This document shows positions 54,251 through 64,000 of a stretch of DNA of 64,000 nucleotides, piece after piece. Position 1 is the first letter of the stretch, and each line of letters starts with the position of its first letter. The notes below the pieces were generated by a model that did no database searches, was not told where the DNA came from, and was given only the letters and a program-made list of their open reading frames with translations. The DNA comes from Welwitschia mirabilis (lineage: Eukaryota), in NCBI GenBank assembly GCA_051453625.1, contig JBOZIK010000001.1, positions 49,647,691 through 49,711,690 of the forward strand, in the 5' to 3' direction. The position numbers and the translations under genes were made by a program.

Positions 54251-54942
54251 TTGGGATATGAATATGGAAAAATATAAAGAGCCAAAAGATCTAAATTTTT
54301 GTTTCTATTCTTACTTTTGTTTCAATCAAACTCAAAATTATTGATACTTGTAAAATAACATAATGAGATTTAGGAGTCTTACAGAGTCACATTTAAGAGA
54401 GTTGTGAGTTTTGGAAAGGATATACTCCTATTTGTTTTCCAAAATTTATCAACCAAAAATTCAAAAACAAATAAATAAAATTTTCGTTTCTATTCTTAAG
54501 TCTTCTTTTTCTTTCAACAAATTCTAATAATGCTCTGTATTTTTCATCTCAAAATCCTAGTTTTCATCATAGTTTAGTAGTATAACTAGTTCTTACCTAG
54601 GTTCTAGAATATCTTTGAAATTAATTTTATCATTTTTAGAATTCCTATTACTAAATTTTTAGGAATCAAACTTTAGTTACATGTTAATCTTATTAATTTG
54701 ACACTATAGTGTCAAAATCATATGTAATCTAGTGCTATAGTGCTACTATAGTAAAGAGTCTAATTTTTTTCTCTATAAAAGCCTCATTTTTTTATCCTTA
54801 TATCTTATTTCTACTTTGCATTTCATGGGAAGTGAGTTGTAGAGTCACATGATGATCATGCAAGTTAAATAGTAAACCTATGAAAGAATGGTGGTGAGTC
54901 TTCTTTCAACTATTTTCTTTTATTTTTTCTTTAATCTTATTT

Positions 54943-55920
54943 ATGCTTTCTCTTTATACTATTGTTGTAAAGCTTATTTTCTCTTTTCTCTTTACTACTT
55001 TTACCCCTAAAGATGATGAACTAGTTAAGAATTGGATAGGAAATTATTTAGTTTATTTTGGCCATGCTTCTTATCCTAGTGATACACTAGTTCTGTTTTA
55101 TGAAGGCCTTCATTATGATGAAGATGCAAAATAGGAGAATTTATTTTAGATGATATTGCTCCTCGGTGATTCCTTAGAGCTATATTTGATGCCTTAGATA
55201 TACCTTTTTACATTAGTAACTGGGAATTAAGTGATCCACATGCTTCTTTAGATATGGTACTACTAATTCTAGATGATCTAAACCTCAATTTCAATGTTTC
55301 TACTAATGGATTTCCTATTAATCATCTTAGGCTATTTGATGTACCTATTTCCTATTATATTATGTCCAACATCCTATACACTATACTAACATATCATGCC
55401 TTTTCTAATGTATTTCAAACTCTTTAGTTGTTTAGGTAAAATCATGTTCCTTTTATCCCTTATCTCATAGTTGCTTATGTTTGTCCTGATCATTCTCCTT
55501 ACTATTCTGTTAGCATTCCCTTATTCTTGGCCATTTTAAAGATTATTACTTACTTACACCTTGAGATCCATAGGCTCAATCTTATTTATTACAATTACCA
55601 TATCCATATTACTTTTAAATAGCTTTGGCAGGCAAAGAGATTTTATGAGCATAAGTAGAAATAGTCTAAACCTTAGCCTGAGTAGCATAGTTTTCCCTTC
55701 GCTAGGATTGATAATCCCTTGAATAAGATTGAATGTGAGATATGGAAGTAGTTTCATGTCATTCATAGCTTTACTTTTACTTTTCATTCTATATCTTAAT
55801 TCTTCTCTCATATACGTGATTTGAGGTGAGATTAGGAAGCAGCTTAGCATGGTCTTCAGTATTCTACTACCATTATGAAGTATGAATACCATGGTGGAGA
55901 TGATAGTGGACTTTATATTA
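54943..55920 (+). pseudogene. E6 accessory 3' ORF remnant
   Basis: 'SYPSDTLVLFYEGL' resembles the YPxLVxEFYxNL motif seen in the E5 accessory ORF; same position between INT and the 3' LTR. Confidence 0.45.
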
Positions 55921-58486
55921 TTTTGCTACTGCTTAGCTCATATATGTTTATCTTAGAGTAAGAGCATGTTTACTTCAATTCCATATTTATATTTTATACA
56001 TGTGTAATGCTTGATCATCTTTATGCATGTGAGTGTATGTTTTTTATGTGTCCAATCTATGTGATTTACTATCTTTTTATAACACTGTGTTTATGACATG
56101 ATATTTGTAGGTGTGATTTATATTATCTAGCTTATGCCCATGTCTTTCTTTATAATTTATAAATTTAATAAAAATTAATAAAAATTTTACTTGACTCTGT
56201 TTTAAATAATAAATAAATGATTGCAATATCTGATGCCTTTGAATTATACTCCTCATCTTCTATTACATAAATTATTATGATGTTTATCTTTATCATGATT
56301 ACTAGTACTATTTATTTTACATTTTTTTAAAAATTTATAGGATGAACCTAGAGGACTGCAATTACTAATATGAAGTTATGAAACTCTAGATTAGTAGTCC
56401 ACATGGTAAGGTAAATGATGCAATTCCTCACCATGAGATAAAATGATAGATATCATTAGGTGTTCTAATAATAGATCTAACACCATACCTTAAGTGCAAA
56501 CATTTAAATTGCTAGTAGATTCCATTTCTCTTATCATTGTCACTTAGATGAGACATGCAAGGAGATTAGTTGGTCATTTTAATGAAGCCTAAAACTTTGA
56601 TAAAAATAAGTTATTAAATGTTAAAAGTTTTCATTATTTTAGAGCTATAATACTACACTAAGAGGTGTTTTTATACTTTTTAAGAGATAAGAGCATTAGA
56701 GGATTGATGAGTTTAAATTAGGGATTTTGAGCCATTTTAAGATGAATTAAAATGCTCATGAGTTAAAGATCAAGATCAGAGTTGGATGTGTAGAGGATGA
56801 AGAATTACTTCAACATCTTTGCACTAGAGCTAACTCATAGTCCCTTTTCCATTACCATATTTCATCCACTTATTGATGTGATTATTCTAACTCATTCTAA
56901 TATTAGATGCATGACATCAGATCATATCAAAGCTTATCAAGACATCAAAAGATTGGAAATATGGATTTTATAAACCATAACTTCACCATTTCTAGTTATT
57001 TAACAATCAATTTTAATATTTATTGTAATATTGGTCGTATGTGATGTAAAAAAAGTTAATTTGTACTTTGGAAGTTTTGTTATTATGGTAATTACCTATG
57101 GTATTTCAATACTTCTTTCTAGGGTATTTTAGTATTACAATGTCACATATAATTTATTACATTGTGAGCATAAAATACATTTGGAAATTTGGAAGTTTTA
57201 GCACCTACCTCACCTAAAAATGATCTTAGTATATCTATATACATCCCTCTTTACTACCATATTAGATATATATTCTANNNNNNNNNNNNNNNNNNNNNNN
57301 NNNNNNNNNNNNNNNNNNNNNNNNNNNNNNNNNNNNNNNNNNNNNNNNNNNNNNNNNNNNNNNNNNNNNNNNNNNNNTCTCTCTCTCTCTCTCTCATTTC
57401 TTCTCTCCTAAGTTGATGCTCTCTCTTTATCAACTGTAAAAGGCTTTTCCATTCTTTCTTCTCATTTATTATTATGTCATGTGTTTATTTTTATCTTTTT
57501 ACATCCTCTTATAATAAGTTTTCATCTCTATTTCTAACATTTTCATCTAGCTAAAGGCCCTTGCAAGGTGGTGAAGTACACATAATTAGTTAGTATAGAA
57601 GAAGGCAAAGTCATCAAATTTTATAAGAATTTTGATTAAAAATGAATGGAAAGAGCTATGATTTCATCTAAAACCAATAAATGTTCTTTTCCTTACATTT
57701 TTATATTTATGTTTACATGATTTGGTCATTTTTGTCATGCGTTTCTTTTCATTTGATTATATTTTTATATCATATTACATATTTAGTATTAATAAGAGTG
57801 TTATGAATTTAATACTTATTACACATTCTCTGATATTACATATTTGGTGACTTTACGATAAAGGAAGCATGTGTTTTAACCCTCTTCTTTATTCATTTCT
57901 CCTTTCTTTTCCTTCTTCTAATACCATTCTCTCATGTTTTCACCCTTTCTTCTAAGACATTAAATGATGAATTATTATTCTTTTCTTTATAATAGCATAA
58001 ATTTGGCATGTGTATTTGTGATATACTTACATCTGAATTTTAAATATTTGTTTTTACATTATATTCTCTCTCTCTTTTTCCCTTTTCCTATTAAAGTAAA
58101 AACTAGTGAATTTTATTATGCTTGTTTTAACCATAGATTTTGTTCTTTTTTTTTTTTTTTTTTTGGTAACTCCAAGTGATCTAAAAATTTGTCAATAGAT
58201 TCCTAAACTTTTTGGCATATTTAGTTAAAAATAAAATTAAGGCTCTAAAATTACATTATTTAGCTATTTATAGTTGATTCATAGTTTTACCTAGAATTTT
58301 TCTGAATCTATGAAATTATACTTTTTCTTTTATTTCATGATAAAATTTTTTATCATTATTTCTATTTTTAAAAAAAATTAATATCTAATATTCTAGTAGA
58401 GTTTTGAGTAATTTTATAACATGAAATCTATTTTTTCTTAAGTTTGATAGTTTTCTTAATATTCTTAGTTAAAGTACAACTAACTG

Positions 58487-60579
58487 TGTTGCGGTGTGTA
58501 TTTGTATAAGTTTTTACATTCAAAGAGATCTTGTCATTTATAACCAAAATAGATATCTTACATAATACAATACACTAAAATGAGTGGGAGTAGACCCGAG
58601 ATGTCATTTCTCATTAAAGTCTATAAGTATGAGACTTAGGTTGCTTTGCAAATGAAACTAGGAACCAAAAATAAATAATAATGCAAGAAATAAAAGTACA
58701 ATGCAAAATGTAATATGAAATCTAAACTAACATGAAATGCAAAAATAACCCTAACTCTACTTACTTTCAACCTTAACAAAGGTTGCTCTTGATGANNNNN
58801 NNNNNNNNNNNNNNNNNNNNNNNNNNNNNNNNNNNNNNNNNNNNNNNNNNNNNNNNNNNNNNNNNNNNNNNNNNNNNNNNNNNNNNNNNNNNNNNAGAAG
58901 GAGGTTTGAGTGCATCTATAGATTGGTTTTCCGATTCGTTTTCTATATCCACTAGTCCTTCTTTAATATTCTTTTCTATTAGTAGCCTTTCTCTTTGATA
59001 TTTCTTCTCAAGATTGACCATATTACAACATCTTGCAAACAACAAATGATAGAAAATAAGATAAAAAATAATAGACTTTTATCTTGTCTGTCATGGGACG
59101 ATAGAAGGGACAACACACACAGAAATTAGAAAAAATAGAAATAGAACTGAAACTGAAACAAAAATAAGGAAACACAGAAAACAGAATTGTCATTCACCTA
59201 GTCATTTGGACATCACAGGAGATGACAAAAAACTAATTTATTGTAGAAAAATCAAAATCCAAAAATAAAACTAAAAGTAAAAATGGCACACTATCATCCT
59301 GACTGTCGTGGAAACGACAGAGGGGATGACTAGAAATTTTTATAAAAATCTAAAAGCTAAAAACTAAAACTAAAATACTACACACAGCAAACCTACAGCT
59401 CCTAATAAAATACAATGTTGCATAGAAAAATAATCGAACAGAGGTCCATATACTCACTGAACGATGACAACCCTTATATTCCTCGATATCCTTCCCCGAC
59501 AATGATGTCAATCTATTGCGGTGTGTATTTGTGCAAGTCTTTACAATCAAAGAGCTCCTATCATTTATAACCAAAATAGATATCTTACATAATACATCAC
59601 TATAGTATGAGTGGGAGTAGACCTAAAATGTCGTATTCACATTGAAGTCTATGAGATGAGACTTAGGTTACTTTGCAAAATAATACTAGGAACCTTAAAT
59701 AAATAATAATGTAGGAAATAAAATATAATGCAAGATGCAGGATGCAATCTAAATTAACATGTAATGCAAAAGTAATCCTAATAGCACTTGCTTTTAGCCT
59801 TAACAAAGGCTTCCCTTAATAATCTATGTCACCCAAGAAATTGTTGCCAAGTCAAGGACAACATAGACTATAGGAGTCATAAGAAAATATATAATGCAAA
59901 TATGAAAAAATAAAACTAGGTTTTTGTATTAAAAAGTAACAAGCAACTGGGTTACAAAACAGCTGGGTCTTAGTAAAGGATACATAGCCCTTTATCAAGT
60001 GCATGTCTTTCTACAATGTTCAAGATGGATCTTCTGCCCTTCAATCTCCTATCACGAGAATGTTTGGTGCAATAAAGATGAGAAGAAGATTCAAGGGAGG
60101 TCTTACTTATAAGAAATATAGCAAAAAAGGACGAACGATAGGTGCAGTTAATCACACTCATAAATGACTTAAAAATAGATGAAATAGGAAATCTATCAGA
60201 GTTGGTTACATGTCAATGTCGTTTGGGATGTCATCTGGATAATAATGGAGATGACAGTACATTATAAAATATTCTCAAAAATGATGATTCATTAGTCCAT
60301 ATTAGCAGTTGTTGCCTATTGTTGAAACAATGGAGGGGATGACGGTCTTCTTTGATTCTTTTCTTGATGAGAAACTTACCATTTTTGTCATGAATCCTTA
60401 TTTAAAGCTTTGTACATCAGAAAGTGCCTTTAATACATTAAATTTGGATAAGAATTGCAGTATTTTAAGATTTCCTCTTATATCTCTAAAATCCTGATAA
60501 TTTCACTTAAACCTATATAAAAGTCCTACAAAACAACTCATAAAAATCCATCAAATAACCATAAATTGGTAGCGCAACA
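58487..60579 (-). mobile_element. E4: family A LTR element, interior probably collapsed into a 100-N gap
   Basis: TGTTGCG...CGCAACA termini; perfect TSD AACTG (58482-58486, 60580-60584); 58487-58795 matches 59514-59820; PBS at ~59493-59510; gag start (ORF 58773-59045) similar to E1 ORF 6190-6384. Confidence 0.92.
59514..60579 (-). repeat. E4 5' LTR
   Basis: Adjacent PBS TGACATCATTGTCGGGGA (minus); CGCAACA end. Confidence 0.9.
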
Positions 60580-61629
60580 AACTGTATCTCTTACTAAATT
60601 TTCTTTAGGTTTATTTCCTAATGGTTTTACTCAACCTCACTTGATATTGAATATTTAATTTTAAAAACTTATTTTTAGACATACTCTAATTTCTTTAACA
60701 CTTTTTAAAAGTTTAAAATCTATCTTCTTAAGTCTCTTTCTTTGTTTTTTACTTTTCTCTCTTTTTTTAGTTAAAATATCATGAAATGAACTAAGTTTGA
60801 CTATAATAGAATAAACATCTACATATTGGTTTTTGATAAATTATTGGTTTATTTATAATCTTAAGTTATATGTTACATCACATTTGTAACTTATTTAAAA
60901 CCTAGCTAAGAGTTATTTTTCAAGTTAAATGCATTAAAATTTATTGAAAATATTGTTAAGATCAAATGGCTTACTATGTCAACTTTAAGAATCTTGTTTT
61001 CAAAGTTATATCTTTTGATTCTAAGTTGACATATAACTAGTATAAAATACAATAATACTTTTGAATGAATCATCCACTTTACATTATTTCAAGTACTAAA
61101 CTATTTAAGAAATATTATTTTCACATAACAAAGACTTAAGCTAGTTTTGATTGCTTTAGCTTTCTTTATCATTCATTTTAGCTATAAATAATATTTATAG
61201 AATGAGTGAATCTTTATCAAATATTATTTCTTTCTTATTCATTATAGTTTTCATTTTATATATCATAAAATTAAGATTTTTACACATGTAATTATTAAAG
61301 TTTGTTATAAATCATGTGTTGTGCTTACATGAATGCCAATTGTATTTATTACTAATGAAGAGTTTTTTTAATCATAAAAAGTTATAGTTTGATAAGATAA
61401 TATGCACTATGTTTTTTAAGATTATATACCAAGTCCTTCGATTCGATACTTATGTACTTTTTATATGTGCAATTTAATCCAAGAGATTTATTTATTATTT
61501 ATTTTAAATTATTTATGCTTTTTTCCCTTTTTGTTAAGTTAATTTATCTTGTTAACTACATACTTTGTTTTTATAAAGTTTCAAAGTGGAATCTCCTCAT
61601 TTTAAAAATTGAGCTTTTCCTTTAATCAC

Positions 61630-63612
61630 TATTAGTTTGTAACTTCTACTTGAGCATTTATTTGTGGATGATAAGAATTGTAACTTTATAAACCACTCCA
61701 CATTGTCTCACTAAATTGGTTAGTATCTTATTATAAAATGAATTTATTTATTACTAATAATAGATATAGGATTGTATTACAATGCCAAATAGACCATATT
61801 TAACATCGAGTTTGGAGTATGTTTCAGGTCTATTTGAGCAGTTTTTAATCAATTAAAAATAAAAGTGAACTATTCATATTGCAGTGAGTAAGAGAGGGCA
61901 ATTTTTTTGACATTTCTAATCCTCTATGGATGGTTTTTGAGATATGTTCCACTTATGATGCTTATAATAGAGTTTTAACATCTAGATCACGATACAATGA
62001 TGGAATGTGCTAATATTGAGATGTTCTAACTATTGTTGTGATGTTAGAAAAGGTTCAATATGGTTAATTTGTGTGTTTTTGAAGTTTTTTTTGATGCTTT
62101 AAAATCTAATAAGTTAATCTTGGGTCAAGAGATGTATTTAATGAGAAACATGCATCATGCAAAGAAAGTTACTATACTAAAGTTACTGTAGCGATTACTA
62201 TAGCATTTACTATGATTATCATTTACCTAATTGTTCAGATGATACTCAAAGGATGAAAAATAGTATAAACAAATAGAAAAATAAATTTTTACTAATATTC
62301 ATCAACTATGGTCATATAGATAACACTCAGGAAGACAATAGCCAAGCATTACACTAGGAAAACACATGGAGGATAATCAGCCATTACAAGGAAAAATTAC
62401 ATGATAAGAGTATCATCCCCTATGACCGTCTAGATGACACATAGGAAGATCGCCACTCTAACATATTTAAAACATCTCTATCCATTATAAAATTATTGAT
62501 ATGATTTTACCTTGTCAATTACTACTTCTTGGTGATTTAAGCCATTGATCGAAAACTATAAATACCCCATTAGGCATTTAATTCCTCATCTTTAATTCAT
62601 TAATTTTTATTATGATAATTTGCAAATCAATTAGCAAGGAATCCATCTATTTTAAGAGAGGATCTTACGTTGGTGTTGGGTTATGTTTCCTACATTGAGG
62701 AGTAACTACTTTTAACTAGATGTAAAAACATTATTATTAATAAAAGATATCTTATCTTCTTCACATGTTATATAGAAATTAATTTAATTACATTTAAGTT
62801 AATTATCATTTTGATATAGTATATGAGGATCAACTTGGATAAGAATAAGTTGAGTAAACTTGGTTAGTGACTGCATTTAGAATTGCATTTCATTCCTGCA
62901 TTGTTATTTCATCTCAACTTCATAATTTATTACATTTCATCCATCATTTCATTCTTCATCTTTTTTCATTCTGAGATTTAATAGAAAATCATTTTAATTT
63001 ATTTTAAAATAAACAGTTTTCCATATATAATTTAAATTTCTCTCTAGAGTATGACTTTGAATTAACTCTTTATACTAGTGTGTGTTTTTTCATGAAATAG
63101 ATATTAAGATTGTAAGTTATTACTAAAGAAGAAAAGTATACAATCCATACCTTAACAGATGACCACAATAAAATAAAATATGTTTTTGAAAAACCTTATA
63201 ACTAATCTGACATCATTAATTTTAGTTGAGATAACTTCATATCATTTAGTGACATAATCTACATAAACCAATATGTATAAGTATCTAAAATATGAGGGAA
63301 ATGACCTAATAAAACCTATATCCTAGACATCAAATGGATTAACCTTAAGAATAGGTGAAAAAGGCATCATACCTACTTTTCCAATACTACCTGTGTGTTG
63401 ACATTTATTATAGGCTTTATAGTATTCATAGGAATATTTAAAATGAGTTGGCTAATAAAGTTCAAATTGAATGATTTTATCTATTTTTGGTAATGAAATG
63501 ACCTCCACCCATGACATCATGTGTAAATTATAAGATATTTAAAGTCTCAGATTCTAAATGCATCTACATATGATTTGTTTAGGATAGTATTTCAAAAGAT
63601 AGGGATCATTTC
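61630..63612 (-). pseudogene. Gypsy integrase remnant split by a solo LTR
   Basis: Right part 'HDVMGGGHF', 'NKCQHTG', 'PFDV*DIGFI', 'VDYVTK'; left part 'PISIIS', 'SYHPQINAQVEVTN'. Confidence 0.88.
61775..63157 (+). repeat. Solo LTR related to family A (~1.38 kb)
   Basis: Start TATTACAATGCCAAAT and end CATACCTTAACA match family A LTR termini; carries three family A palindromes; no PBS after it; flanks GATTG/GATGA. Confidence 0.78.
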
Positions 63613-64000
63613 ATAAGGTCAAAAGGTGCTTATTAAAGAATAACTAATTTATGAGAATTGAATCTTATAAAGGTGGGAAGTGAGGCCTAATGTAAGATAG
63701 GTAATTCATAACTATCCTTGTGGGAGCGTTATCCAACTTTTTAATCTAGCCTTAGAGTCCTCCTTGTATAACAAGTAATTAAGAATGAAATGATCAATAA
63801 AAATGTATTTTTTTCATCTATAAGATATGATATAAATTTTTCTAGAATAAAACCTATTGCTAGGATATCTATATAAATTATTTTAGGGTTTAGTTGAGAG
63901 TCTTGTAATGTTCTAATTGCATAGTGAATAATATATGGTTTTTCATCCTGCCATTAACCTAGGGCTACTACTAGAGAATAATCACTTACATCACATAATA

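Larger units (their letters stand above)
35025..61560 (+). mobile_element. E6: old Ty3/gypsy element with long LTRs, hosting E5 in its pol and E4 in its 3' LTR
   Basis: ~35030-37150 is homologous to ~56575-61560 once E4 is removed; ends GTTAAATATA / GTTAACTACA; plus-strand PR before E5 and RT-RH-INT after it; left boundary approximate, no PBS recognised. Confidence 0.75.
56566..61560 (+). repeat. E6 putative 3' LTR, interrupted by E4
   Basis: Homologous to 35030-37150; ends in CA at 61560. Confidence 0.72.

Noticed and set aside
59079..59331. Spaced palindromes as a CRISPR array
   Set aside because: Repeats are degenerate, only 2-3 per cluster, lie inside plant LTR elements, spacers are partly similar to each other, and there are no cas genes
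63670..64000. Purine tract followed by TGTAAG as the start of another LTR
   Set aside because: No second copy or other support within the window

Overview
Very AT-rich, CpG-depleted eukaryotic DNA, almost certainly plant, with several N gaps. I see no intact host gene, RNA gene or CRISPR array. The window is a graveyard of nested, decayed LTR retrotransposons. Family A is Ty3/gypsy Athila-like, with TGTTGC...GCAACA LTRs and a tRNA-Asp-type PBS. It includes E1 (1-7941, minus, gag-PR-RT-RH-INT remnants), which sits in the 5' LTR of non-autonomous E2 (7942-14581, plus). It also includes E3 (18766-27757, minus, gag-PR only), which interrupts a Ty1/copia remnant; E4 (58487-60579, perfect AACTG target-site duplication); and a solo LTR (61775-63157) inside an old integrase. 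E5 (38683-51850, minus, tRNA-Asn-type PBS, extra 3' ORF) is a different family nested in the pol of E6 (~35025-61560, plus). Two signals deserve most attention. One is a multi-hairpin non-coding motif shared by E3 and E5 downstream of pol, with compensatory and wobble pairing. The other is family-specific arrays of spaced 40-50 bp palindromes. All alignments were done by eye, so boundaries not anchored on TG...CA ends or target-site duplications are approximate.
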